A stretch of DNA of 64,000 nucleotides from an uncultured Candidatus Saccharibacteria bacterium (lineage in GTDB: Bacteria > Patescibacteriota > Minisyncoccia > Phycocordibacterales > UBA5272): assembly GCA_964491805.1 (NCBI GenBank), contig CAZBGU010000001.1:1446-65445 (forward strand), read 5' to 3'. Under the pieces are notes generated by a model that saw nothing but the letters and a program-made list of their open reading frames with translations, made no database searches and had not been told where the DNA came from. Below, in pieces: positions 37,798 through 47,402 of the stretch (within the stretch, counting starts at the first letter, position 1; every line of letters begins with the position of its first letter). Made by a program: the position numbers and the translations under genes.

Positions 37798-38286
37798 TCA
37801 CATTCTTGCAAGCCGAAGCGTTCCTTCCGAGTCGGTTGCGACCGACCAAACGATTTGGTCGTTGTGGTCGATGACCGTTTCTCTTCGGTTGAAAAGGCGA
37901 CCGTTCAGCCAGAGTTCTTCACGGTACAGCCGACCATTCGGCGTCATACCTGCATAGAACATATTGGCGATGCCTTTGTCACCAAACGAAGTGGTGACGG
38001 GTGTGGTACGCCAGAAGCCGACACGATTGTGGTAGTAACTACCATCAATCGACATCGTGATGATGAGTTTCCCCATCGTTGCGACTGCCGTATTGCCGGT
38101 TACTTCCACAGCGAGCTTCTCGCCGTTCATCGTGGCTTCGTAGCCGGTCGATTTGTAGTTGAAGATCATCTGGCCGAGAGGTTGCCCATTCCCATCTTTC
38201 AGGAAGTAAGACACTTGTTGTGCGAAAGCATTGCCGAAGCAAAGCAGGGAGAGAACGAGTGCGATTTGTCCAAAGAGCTTCTTCAT
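37798..38286 (-). CDS. Secreted hypothetical protein in a locally GC-rich patch
   Basis: Signal peptide 'MKKLFGQIALVLSLLCFGNAFAQQ'. GC is clearly higher than the genome background. Adjacent to IS elements. Confidence 0.5.
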   Translation of the reverse strand: MKKLFGQIALVLSLLCFGNAFAQQVSYFLKDGNGQPLGQMIFNYKSTGYEATMNGEKLAVEVTGNTAVATMGKLIITMSIDGSYYHNRVGFWRTTPVTTSFGDKGIANMFYAGMTPNGRLYREELWLNGRLFNRRETVIDHNDQIVWSVATDSEGTLRLARM

Positions 38287-38373
38287 TGCCGTGTCCTTTC
38301 AGGAAAATTGACGGGATTTATTAGAACTATTATATTATTACATATTTTAGCCAATTTGTCAATATCACCGTTG

Positions 38374-39409
38374 GCGAATTCAACTCCGAAGTGCAACACC
38401 CATGACTTGTAATGGTGTTGACCAGTTGAGGCGTTTTCTTGGTCGTGTGTTAAGTATATACTCTACTTTCTGTATATCTTCATCAGATATCTGTGTAAAG
38501 TCAGTCCCTTTAGGAAAGTATTCACGAATGAGTCCATTGGTATTCTCATTAGTACCTCGTTCCCATGAATGATATGGATGAGCGTAGTAAATAGAGGTCT
38601 CGAGAGTATCTTCCATATCTTTCCAATTGGTGTTCTCGCTACCATTGTCGAGTGTTACGGTATGACATGGGAAATAGATAAGCCTTTTCATGGCTTCTAC
38701 AGTAAGAAATACTTGTCTTGCTTTTCACACGAGTTATGAGTACGAACCCACTCTTGCGGTCAACAAGTGTATTAATTCCTGGCTTATGGTTACAAGACTC
38801 TACAGTGTCTCCTTCCCAGTCACCAAGACGTCTACGTGTTTCTACGATGTGGGGACGTATATCAATACTCTTACCAGAAACACGTTCCAGCTTAGTTGTT
38901 GTGCGTAATCCATGATGAGTCCTCCGCTTTTGTTTTCTTCGTAAATATGGATGCAAATCTTCTTTCTTTGGTTTAAGAAGTCCCCAGCCATCTCTATGTA
39001 TCTGATGATAGATGTATTGATAGATTGCTTCCTGAGAAATATTACCAAGTTTCTCTTTCTTAATCATTCCAGCTATTTGTTCTGGTGACCAACTGAGCTT
39101 TAGATGTGAGATGACGTAGTCTCGTATTGTATCGTTCTTGAGCCTATCTTCTCTTACTCTTTGTGTACGCTTATGAAGAGCTTTTTCATGAGCAAGGCGA
39201 GGTGTATATTGATTCCTTGTTTGTGGATAGTTCCTTCGTAGCTCTCTTGATATCGAGGACGGGGAGCGTTGTAAAACTTCAGCTATATATCTAATTGATT
39301 TCTTTTGCCATAGTAATTCTTGGAGTTTTTCTCGTTCCATAATACTTAAATGCTTGTAATTCATATGCTTCTATTTTACTAGAAGTGTTGCACTTACTTG
39401 TTGAATTCA
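38374..39409 (-). mobile_element. IS30-family insertion sequence, transposase disrupted
   Basis: Imperfect ~28-bp terminal inverted repeats (gcgaattcaactccgaagtgcaacaccc at 38374 and gtgaattcaacaagtaagtgcaacactt as the reverse complement at 39409, 22 of 28 matched). Transposase ORFs inside. Confidence 0.6.
38380..39364 (-). pseudogene. IS30-family transposase split into two overlapping frames (38639..39364 N-terminal HTH part, 38380..38691 C-terminal DDE part)
   Basis: N-terminus 'SIRYIAEVLQRSPSSISRELRRN' HTH. C-terminus 'TLDNGSENTNWKD...ILNTRPRKRLNWSTPLQV' is typical of the IS30 DDE domain. Frame change near 38640-38690. Confidence 0.55.
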
Positions 39410-39425
39410 CTGTTATAGTTCACTA

Positions 39426-40332
39426 CCTTGAGAACACCCTACTTAAAAATAGGATATTCTCATTGCATGTACTCAACTAACAAACATTTACCAAGAATTA
39501 GACGAGATGTAGCAATCTTTGCAAAGAAGTATGGAATACGTACAGCAAGTAGACATTATGGATATGCGGTAAGTGCTATTCATAAATGGATAAAGGTGTT
39601 GGATAAAATGGGACATCATCCAATACCAACAAAGAGCTCACGACCTCACAGTCATCCAAGAGCTACAGATGAAAGTATTGTTAAGAAAATAGTCGATAAA
39701 CGAATAGAAGTAAGAAGAAGTGCAGAGGTGGTACATGAGTATCTCAAACGTGAAGGAACAGTGGTATCTCTTACTACTGTAAAGAGAACTCTTGCACGTA
39801 AGAACCTTCTTAACAAACGTAGTCCTTGGAAGAGATATCACCCACCTGTAGATAGACCGTATCCTACAAAAGCTGGTGATTTGGTCGAAATTGACATCAT
39901 ACACACAATGCAGAGTAAGAAGGTACGAATGTATACTTTCGTACTCATTGATGTATATTCGAGATGGATATACGCAAAGAGCTATCAGAAGATTAATGCA
40001 AAGACATCACTTAAATTTGTTGCACTGGCACAGAAAGAATCATCCTTCCATTTCAGTATGATTCAAACAGACCATGGACCAGAATTTAGTACATGGTTTG
40101 TGTCTCAGGTGAAGAAGAATCACAGATATACACGTATTGGTAAACCTAATGATAACTCTCATATTGAACGAGCTAATAGAACTATACAAGAAGAGTGTTT
40201 AGATAGATTAATTCCTACACCTCGTATATTCAACAAAGCACTTACCTGCTACCTTCATTACTACAATACACAGAGATTGCACTTTGGAATTCAATTAAAA
40301 ACACCAGCAGAAATGCTTGGGTGTTCTCAAGG
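39426..40332 (+). mobile_element. IS481-family insertion sequence (candidate boundaries)
   Basis: 14-bp perfect inverted repeat ccttgagaacaccc (39426) and gggtgttctcaagg (40319) flanking a DDE transposase. Confidence 0.45.
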
Positions 40333-40342
40333 TATTGATTAG
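39467..40342 (+). CDS. IS481-family DDE transposase (integrase core)
   Basis: 'IDIIHT...MIQTDHGPEF...HIERANRTIQEE' DDE triad region. N-terminal HTH. Confidence 0.7.
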   Translation: MYSTNKHLPRIRRDVAIFAKKYGIRTASRHYGYAVSAIHKWIKVLDKMGHHPIPTKSSRPHSHPRATDESIVKKIVDKRIEVRRSAEVVHEYLKREGTVVSLTTVKRTLARKNLLNKRSPWKRYHPPVDRPYPTKAGDLVEIDIIHTMQSKKVRMYTFVLIDVYSRWIYAKSYQKINAKTSLKFVALAQKESSFHFSMIQTDHGPEFSTWFVSQVKKNHRYTRIGKPNDNSHIERANRTIQEECLDRLIPTPRIFNKALTCYLHYYNTQRLHFGIQLKTPAEMLGCSQGID

Positions 40343-40523
40343 AATACGGACAGGTAAGTAGCTTGGGTGACCTCACTGTCTGCAAGTGTTATGTGTGCTC
40401 CCTGACAACTTCTGCTAGTATGGGGATATTGGCATGTACAACCACCAACTAAAGTAGCTATACGTTATCATGGGAGTAATTGCTTTGGCTCTGTGATTTA
40501 TTTGCCATGGTATACTTGCTTAC

Positions 40524-40778
40524 ATGATCGATCCAGAGTTAAAACATCATCTTGAAAGGATAGAGGCAGAGTTAAAAGAATTTCATCGAACCTCAACAAG
40601 TCTTTCGGCGACACTTACTCGTGGATTGGTGTATGGTGGAGGGTATGTAATTGGTGCGGTACTCGTGGTTCTTCTTGTTGGATGGATACTTAATATTGTC
40701 GGTATTATTCCTGTATTCAATGATCAGGTTAGAGAGTTTCGTGCAGCTCTTGACCATGTAAGTACCCCAGTAAAATAA
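40524..40778 (+). CDS. Small single-TM hypothetical protein
   Basis: Central hydrophobic helix 'VIGAVLVVLLVGWILNIVGIIPV'. Confidence 0.3.
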   Translation: MIDPELKHHLERIEAELKEFHRTSTSLSATLTRGLVYGGGYVIGAVLVVLLVGWILNIVGIIPVFNDQVREFRAALDHVSTPVK

Positions 40779-41027
40779 AAAAGTTCTTGTAGCAACCAGG
40801 AATGGTATTGTATATTCCATTTCTTTTGAATGAGTGTAGTGTTACTTACCCGGAGTTCTTTGGGCTCTCTTACTTTTCCAAGCGGTTAACTTATTAGTTC
40901 GCCTACATCTAAAAGAAGGTCAAATAGAAAATGGTAAACGAAACAGCGCATTGAATTACTTTTTATATGAGTGAATATGCCTGTATACATTCTAGATATT
41001 ACCGTCTATACTGGTAAAAATTAGAGT

Positions 41028-42554
41028 ATGTATCACGAACAATTAGTCAATCATATAATTTCGAAAAAATCCGCTGGACTATCTCGTGAGGACATTCAAA
41101 AGGAGTTGCTTTCAGATGGCTGGAAGAAGGAAGATATTGATCTTGCGTATCATTATGTAGACCACCCTGCAGAACTTAAGCGACCATCTATCTATAGAAT
41201 TATTCACTCAGAAGTTAAGACGTCTGTTTTTATACTCACGCTCATTGCAACAATCGGCGCTAGTGCAACATTCTTTTCTTACTTTGGAACAGAAGTGAAT
41301 AACTACACTGTGATAGCATCAGCGTTACCTGCACAAGAAAAAACAATTTTTAAGTATGGAGTTCAGCCAGCACTTTCTAACATAGATTTTTTTAATACGA
41401 TAAAAAATCAATTTATCAGTGAAAAAGTAACCTTTGTTGAGGTTGATCTCTCTCGTATGATTGCTCGTGTGTATAGAGATGGTGTAGCAGTAGTTGAAGT
41501 TCCTGTGAAGACAAAAGGGAAGGAAGGTTCGTGGTGGGAGACGCCTGCCGGGCTATACAAAATACAAACAAAAGAAAAGACACATTATTCTAGTATGGGG
41601 CATGTAACTCAGCCGTGGAGTATGCAGTTCCAAGGTAACTTTTTTATTCACGGCTGGCCGGTATATGACGATGGTCGTCCAGTGGCTTCGACATTTTCTG
41701 GAGGTTGCGTTCGTCTTGCAGATGACGATGCAAAAAAAATCTATGATGCCGTAACTGTCGGTACTCCAATACTAGTGTACGAAAAAGATTTTGTTCTTGA
41801 CTCTTTTGTTTATTCTGAAAGAATACCCGGATCGCAATCTTTTGTGACATTGTACGCTGACATGTATAACAATTTTGTTTTTTATGAAAAGAACAAAAAT
41901 GAGTCTGTTGCGATTGGTGGGATTACAAAGTTGATGACCGCACTTATTGCAACTGAATATATCAATATTGAGAAAAATACTACAATTGAAGAATCTGATC
42001 TTGTTCCGACAGAAGTCCCTCGACTAAAAATAGGAATGAAAATTGATATGTATCAGTTACTCTTTCCTTTACTTCGGGAATCTTCAAATGAAGCAGGGGA
42101 GGCAATTGCATCATCGTATGGCAGGTCTCTATTTATTAAGCATATGAATGAAAAAGCGAAGTCTATCGGCATGACTCACACAGTTTTTGTTGATCCAACG
42201 GGTGTGTCAGATAAGAATGTGTCGACAGCTGAAGATTTATTCATGTTGGCAAAATATATTTATAACAACAGAAGCTTTATTTTTGCAATTACTTCGGGAA
42301 AGGTAAAAACAAATACATACGGCCAAAGTATCTTTGAGTCACTTAGAGAGTCAGATAGCGTCAGTAAAGATAATTTCTTCTTTGGTGGGGTAAGTGGTCA
42401 GAATGCTGGGGGTCTCGGGTATAATATTGCTGTATTCACTCCAGAACTAAACGGTACCACTCGGCCAATTTTTTTGGTAACTCTAGGATCACAGGATGAA
42501 AAAAATGACATTCGTAAAGGGTTAGCATATATCTTTGAAAGATATGGAAAGTAA
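41028..42554 (+). CDS. L,D-transpeptidase (YkuD) domain protein with C-terminal PBP/peptidase-S11-like domain
   Basis: YkuD catalytic 'FIHGWP...STFSGGCVRLADDD'. C-terminus has 'GGITKLMT' (the SxxK position reads G) and 'SSNEAG' (SxN). Confidence 0.65.
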   Translation: MYHEQLVNHIISKKSAGLSREDIQKELLSDGWKKEDIDLAYHYVDHPAELKRPSIYRIIHSEVKTSVFILTLIATIGASATFFSYFGTEVNNYTVIASALPAQEKTIFKYGVQPALSNIDFFNTIKNQFISEKVTFVEVDLSRMIARVYRDGVAVVEVPVKTKGKEGSWWETPAGLYKIQTKEKTHYSSMGHVTQPWSMQFQGNFFIHGWPVYDDGRPVASTFSGGCVRLADDDAKKIYDAVTVGTPILVYEKDFVLDSFVYSERIPGSQSFVTLYADMYNNFVFYEKNKNESVAIGGITKLMTALIATEYINIEKNTTIEESDLVPTEVPRLKIGMKIDMYQLLFPLLRESSNEAGEAIASSYGRSLFIKHMNEKAKSIGMTHTVFVDPTGVSDKNVSTAEDLFMLAKYIYNNRSFIFAITSGKVKTNTYGQSIFESLRESDSVSKDNFFFGGVSGQNAGGLGYNIAVFTPELNGTTRPIFLVTLGSQDEKNDIRKGLAYIFERYGK

Positions 42555-42564
42555 GAGAGTTCTC

Positions 42565-42861
42565 TTACAATAAAGTTTCTCCAACTTTTTCCATCGCACT
42601 AATGATTGATTTTAATTTTTTACCTTTTTCTGTGAGTGAGTAGAAGTGCTCATGATTGATTACAATATCTTCATCGGTCAATTTCGAAAGTTTAAGTGTT
42701 AGTGTTCTTGTGCTTATTCCTGTAAGCGACTTTTCGAGTTCACAAAAGCGCATTGGTGATAGTAGAAGATCTCGAATAATAAGAATAGTCCAGCCATCAC
42801 TAAGTATTTCGGTTAGTTTTTGGATTGGGCATATCTTAGTTTCATGATATAGATTTTTCAT
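42565..42861 (-). CDS. HxlR-family winged-helix transcriptional regulator
   Basis: 'CPIQKLTEILSDGWTILIIRDLLLSPMRFCELEKSLTGISTRTLTLKLSKL'. Confidence 0.75.
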   Translation of the reverse strand: MKNLYHETKICPIQKLTEILSDGWTILIIRDLLLSPMRFCELEKSLTGISTRTLTLKLSKLTDEDIVINHEHFYSLTEKGKKLKSIISAMEKVGETLL

Positions 42862-42960
42862 GGTTAAAAGTATACGACAACCCTATCATAACAAGAAGAA
42901 CTTTACAAAGTAAAGCAGCTATTATACACTTTACAAAGTAAAGTAATGTATAAATAAATT

Positions 42961-43383
42961 ATGATCATCAATTTTCATCCAAGAGAGATACCAAGTGTTA
43001 AAGGATTAGAGGTTATTGCAGCACTAAATGCCGACAAAAGTCATGAGGTCGTTCATGTAACAGATAAAACCGCTGACGAATGGAAAGCTATTATTAAAGG
43101 AGAAGAGAAACTTATCCTTGTTGCTCCTACATTTTGGTGGGGGCTTAGCTATGAATTTGATAAATGGGCCCAAAATGTTCTTAGTTATGGTTTTGCTTAT
43201 CAATATAATGCTTCAGATATGCCAGAAGGGCTCCTCAACGGAAGATTATTTGAACTTCATACGACACAAGGAACACCGGAGGTGTATGCGGCAGCGCTTC
43301 GAGCTAACATGGAACAGCGCCTCAAGGTGGGGGTTTTCGAGTTTTGTGGTGCTCGTGTGGATGTTCATTTTTACGTCAAATAA
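42961..43383 (+). CDS. Flavodoxin-like fold NAD(P)H-dependent oxidoreductase
   Basis: 'LILVAPTFWWGLSYEFDKWAQNVLSYGFAY'. Divergent to HxlR, a common regulator/quinone-reductase pairing. Confidence 0.5.
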   Translation: MIINFHPREIPSVKGLEVIAALNADKSHEVVHVTDKTADEWKAIIKGEEKLILVAPTFWWGLSYEFDKWAQNVLSYGFAYQYNASDMPEGLLNGRLFELHTTQGTPEVYAAALRANMEQRLKVGVFEFCGARVDVHFYVK

Positions 43384-43535
43384 GAACTATTTTTATGTTC
43401 GAAAGAAGCGCGGCTGGAGGCCTCGCTTCTTTCGTCTTGGTATACAAAATTCTTAATATGTTGTTAATTACTATGGTTTTTTTGGGTGAAGTGTTATACA
43501 CTTACGAACGTAAGCTATTCTGCAATAAATACACA

Positions 43536-43916
43536 ATGAAAGAAACGGAAAAAAAGAAAATCCTAATTATAGAGGATGAAAAGCCTCTAGCGCATGCGCT
43601 GTCCCTCAAGCTATCTCACGAAGGTTTTGAAGTTGTTACTACAGCAAGTGGGGAGGAAGGGCTTCAGTTATTAACTAAAGACACATTCAGTCTTGTTCTT
43701 ACTGATCTCATTATTCCTGGTGTAGATGGTTTTAAGGTTCTAGAAACAATACAGGACAAAAAAATAAAGGTACCGGTTATTGTCATTACAAATCTTAATC
43801 AAGAAGAAGACAAAAAGCGTGTGTTTGACCTCGGCGCGGCTTCATTCTTTGTTAAATCTAATTCTCCAATTTCCGAGATTGTTGAAAATGTTAAAAGTAA
43901 AATAGCAAGTTCCTGA
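43536..43916 (+). CDS. Stand-alone response-regulator receiver (CheY-like)
   Basis: 'KILIIEDEKPLA...LVLTDLIIPGVDGF...VIVITN' with Asp pocket and phospho-acceptor D. Confidence 0.75.
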   Translation: MKETEKKKILIIEDEKPLAHALSLKLSHEGFEVVTTASGEEGLQLLTKDTFSLVLTDLIIPGVDGFKVLETIQDKKIKVPVIVITNLNQEEDKKRVFDLGAASFFVKSNSPISEIVENVKSKIASS

Positions 43917-43940
43917 TATACTCTTAAGTAAGAACCACCT

Positions 43941-45611
43941 ATGAACATTGACACCAACAACATAAAAGAAATTCTAATCACTGGGAATTATATCAGTGAG
44001 GAGGATGCACAAAAAGCAGAAGATATTGCAAAGAAAAATAGTATCTCTTTTATCGAAGCATTGTTGCGCGAAGGTGTTGTAAATAGTGACATAGTTGGAC
44101 AGGCTACAGCTGAAAGTTTCAAAGTTCCATATTCCGATCTTAACTCTGCTGCAATTAGTGCTGATCAGGTGCGTAAGATTCCAGAAGAGGTTGCAAAAAA
44201 GTTGCGAGTAGTTCTCTTTAACGATGAAGATGAAGAGGAAGTTGTCATTACAACCAATAATCCACTTCAAGATGGATTAGTTAAAGAGCTGCAGCCTCTC
44301 TTTAAAGGAAAGAAAATAAAAATTACATATTCTCTGCCAGAGGACATTGATAGTTTTTTTGTTTTCTACGAGAAGCCGCTTGATACCAGATTTTCAAAAA
44401 TCATAGCAGAATCTGATCGTGTTGCTCCAGAAATTCTTGAGGAGATTTTTGATGATGCAATTACATACAAAGCATCTGATGTTCACTTTGAACCGCAAGC
44501 ACGAGTTATTGTGATTCGTTTCCGTGTTGATGGTGTGCTTCACGAAGCAGGCCGTCTTCCAAAAGAAAATTATGAAAATGTTTTGAACCGAATTAAAGTT
44601 AAAAGCGCACTTCGCATTGATGAACATTATTCTGCGCAGGATGGGTCACTCCACTATGATGGTAAAAATGGAATTTCTGTGGATATGCGTACATCAATTA
44701 TTCCAATTGTTGAGGGCGAGAAAGTCGTACTCCGTATTCTTGGTTCGTACGTTCAGGGTCTTACTTTTAATGATCTTGGTCTAACTCCAAAAAATCAAGA
44801 GCTTCTTCGTGAAGCCGCAGATAAGCCATTCGGCATGATTCTTGTTGTTGGACCTACTGGTTCAGGAAAGACTACAACGCTTTACTCTCTTCTTAAGATG
44901 CTTAATACTCCTGATACAAACATTACCACAATTGAAGATCCGGTCGAGTACAAGGTTCAGGGTCTTAATCAGATTCAGGTAACACAAGCAACTGGCCTTA
45001 CATTCGTCCGTGGTCTGCGCGCAATCGTGCGACAAGATCCAGATATTATTCTTGTTGGAGAAATCCGTGACCTTGAAACTGTAGAGATTTCTGTTAATGC
45101 TGCGCTCACTGGTCATCTCCTTCTTTCTACTTTCCATGCCAATGATGCAGCAACAGCAATCCCTCGTCTTCTTGATATGGGGACAGAGCCATTTCTTCTT
45201 TCCTCAACGATGAATCTTATTATTGCCCAGCGACTTGTTCGTAAAATTTGTGATCATTGTAAGGTTAGTGTTGTTAAGAAGCCGTCAGATTTTGATACAC
45301 CACAATTAAAAGGGGTGCGTAAGTATCTTCCTGCGAAGAATCTTACTCTGTATGAGGGTAAGAAATGTGAAGTGTGCGGTTTTACGGGGTATAAAGGTAG
45401 AACTTCGATTTATGAAGTGATTAAAGTTACCCCAACAATGCAAGAACTGATAGTAAAACGTCCGTCAGCTCAAGAAATCTGGAAGCTAGCACGCAAGGAG
45501 GGTGCCAGGTCGGTGTTTGAGGATGGTCTTGAAAAGGTGAAGAATGGTATAACTTCTATTGAAGAGCTAGTCCGTATTGCTCCTCCGCCAGATCGTGCTT
45601 TTGATGAATAA
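43941..45611 (+). CDS. pilB: Type IV pilus / T2SS assembly ATPase PilB/GspE
   Basis: GSPII_E N-terminal domain. Walker A 'VVGPTGSGKTTTLYS'. Tetracysteine-like 'CDHCK...CEVCG'. Confidence 0.85.
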   Translation: MNIDTNNIKEILITGNYISEEDAQKAEDIAKKNSISFIEALLREGVVNSDIVGQATAESFKVPYSDLNSAAISADQVRKIPEEVAKKLRVVLFNDEDEEEVVITTNNPLQDGLVKELQPLFKGKKIKITYSLPEDIDSFFVFYEKPLDTRFSKIIAESDRVAPEILEEIFDDAITYKASDVHFEPQARVIVIRFRVDGVLHEAGRLPKENYENVLNRIKVKSALRIDEHYSAQDGSLHYDGKNGISVDMRTSIIPIVEGEKVVLRILGSYVQGLTFNDLGLTPKNQELLREAADKPFGMILVVGPTGSGKTTTLYSLLKMLNTPDTNITTIEDPVEYKVQGLNQIQVTQATGLTFVRGLRAIVRQDPDIILVGEIRDLETVEISVNAALTGHLLLSTFHANDAATAIPRLLDMGTEPFLLSSTMNLIIAQRLVRKICDHCKVSVVKKPSDFDTPQLKGVRKYLPAKNLTLYEGKKCEVCGFTGYKGRTSIYEVIKVTPTMQELIVKRPSAQEIWKLARKEGARSVFEDGLEKVKNGITSIEELVRIAPPPDRAFDE

Positions 45612-45621
45612 TATCGCATAC

Positions 45622-46947
45622 ATGTCTACGTCAATCATCAAAAAAAAGATATCAGAAAAAACTGAAGCGAACACCAAGAAAGAACAAAAACCACAGAAAG
45701 AAAAGAATGTTACAAAGAGTCAATCAAAAGAGACAGCTTCTTCTTTTGATGTTTCTCTTGTTTCTGGAGAAGTAAAACCTGTTCCTGTTCCAAAAAATGC
45801 AACCAAAGAGGAAAAGGTAACCATCTCTGAGCCTGTGAAGGCAACACCGGCACCTCAGCGTAAGATCGCAGAAGAAAAAAAATTGTCTACATTTGGTCTC
45901 AGTAAGGAGCGCGATCAGTTCATTGAAAATCTGAGCATGCTTGTCATGTCTGGAATGTCAATTATTGGAGCTCTTTCATCTATCATCAAACAAACCAAGT
46001 CGCCAGGAATGAAAAAAATTCTTGAAAGAATGTTACTTGAGATTGAGTCAGGTTCTCCTGTGTGGAAGTCACTTGATAAAACAGGTTTTTTTAAAGGGTA
46101 TACAATTTCCCTTATTCGTCTCGGGGAAGAGTCTGGCAATTTTGCTGAGAACCTCAAAGTCGTTGCGCTTGAAGAAGAAAAGGATCGTGAGTTTAAATCA
46201 AAAGTCCACTCAGCTCTTATGTACCCTGTTTTCGTGCTCGTGCTAACGAATGTTGTCGGTATTGGTATTTCGTGGTTTATTTTGCCTAAATTGGCAAAAA
46301 TTTTCTTTGACCTTAAACTCGCGCTACCTCTTATTACGAGAGTATTGATTGGTTTTGGTCTTTTTCTTAATAAGTATGGGCTTATAGCTGTTCCTGTAGC
46401 GGTTTTCTTCATAGGTATTATCGTCAATATTCTTTTTTTTGGTAAAAAAACCAAATTTCTTGGTGAGTATATAATTTTCTCTATACCAGGTATTAAGACA
46501 TTACTTATGGAGGTTGAGGTGGCTCGTTTTGGATATCTGCTCGGCACCCTTCTTGAGGCTGGGTTACCTGTGACGAAAGCAATTGATTCGCTAGCAGGCG
46601 CATCTGATGTCATCCGATACAAGAAATTTTATTTGTATCTAAAAGACTCGATTGATATGGGGAATTCGTTCCAGAAAAGTTTTGCTGGCTATAAAAATAT
46701 CGACAATCTCATACCGCAGCCAATTCAGCAGTTAATTGTCTCTGGTGAACAGTCTGGCAATCTTAATAAAACACTTATTAAGGTCGGCCAAGTGCTTGAA
46801 GCAAAGTCAGACACGACAACAAAGAATCTCACTATTATTATGGAACCAATTTTGCTTGTTATTGTGTGGGCGGGTGTAGTGTCTGTTGCATTTGCGGTAA
46901 TACTTCCTATTTACAGTCTTGTCGGTAATCTTAACGGTCTTAAATAG
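45622..46947 (+). CDS. pilC: Type IV pilus platform protein PilC/GspF with Lys/Glu-rich N-terminal extension
   Basis: Two T2SSF repeats ('LSMLVMSGMSIIGAL', 'FGYLLGTLLEAGLPV'). 3 TM. Confidence 0.8.
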   Translation: MSTSIIKKKISEKTEANTKKEQKPQKEKNVTKSQSKETASSFDVSLVSGEVKPVPVPKNATKEEKVTISEPVKATPAPQRKIAEEKKLSTFGLSKERDQFIENLSMLVMSGMSIIGALSSIIKQTKSPGMKKILERMLLEIESGSPVWKSLDKTGFFKGYTISLIRLGEESGNFAENLKVVALEEEKDREFKSKVHSALMYPVFVLVLTNVVGIGISWFILPKLAKIFFDLKLALPLITRVLIGFGLFLNKYGLIAVPVAVFFIGIIVNILFFGKKTKFLGEYIIFSIPGIKTLLMEVEVARFGYLLGTLLEAGLPVTKAIDSLAGASDVIRYKKFYLYLKDSIDMGNSFQKSFAGYKNIDNLIPQPIQQLIVSGEQSGNLNKTLIKVGQVLEAKSDTTTKNLTIIMEPILLVIVWAGVVSVAFAVILPIYSLVGNLNGLK

Positions 46948-46952
46948 TCAGT

Positions 46953-47402
46953 ATGAGACATATCAAAGTATCACATAAAGGTTTTACACTTCCTGAGGTT
47001 TTGCTTTCAGTTGCACTGCTAACAATTATTGGTGGGATGAGTATTCCAATGTATCGTGTCTTCATGGTTCGTGATGAATTGGACAGTGCAGCAACAACAC
47101 TAGCGCAGAACCTGAGACGTGCACAGATGCTTTCCCGCTCTTCGTCTGGGGATATGACATGGGGTGTTCATGTAGGGGTAGGGAGTATACTTATCTATAA
47201 AGGATCAAATTACGTTCTTCGAGATTCTTCATTTGATGAGAACACGTCTATCCCGACAACGATTGTTCCAACCGGTACAACAGAGGTCACCTTTTCAAAG
47301 GTAACGGGTTTACCTTCGGCGACAGGAACGTTCACACTTACTTCGCAAGCTAATGAAAAACGAACTATCACAATCAATGAAAAAGGAACGGTTGACTACT
47401 AG
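46953..47402 (+). CDS. Prepilin-type (pseudopilin/minor pilin) protein
   Basis: Class III signal 'MRHIKVSHKG/FTLPEVLL'. Confidence 0.7.
   Translation: MRHIKVSHKGFTLPEVLLSVALLTIIGGMSIPMYRVFMVRDELDSAATTLAQNLRRAQMLSRSSSGDMTWGVHVGVGSILIYKGSNYVLRDSSFDENTSIPTTIVPTGTTEVTFSKVTGLPSATGTFTLTSQANEKRTITINEKGTVDY

Noticed and set aside
45915-46622. 235-aa minus-strand ORF.
   Set aside because: It is antisense to pilC, which has clear T2SSF repeats on the plus strand.
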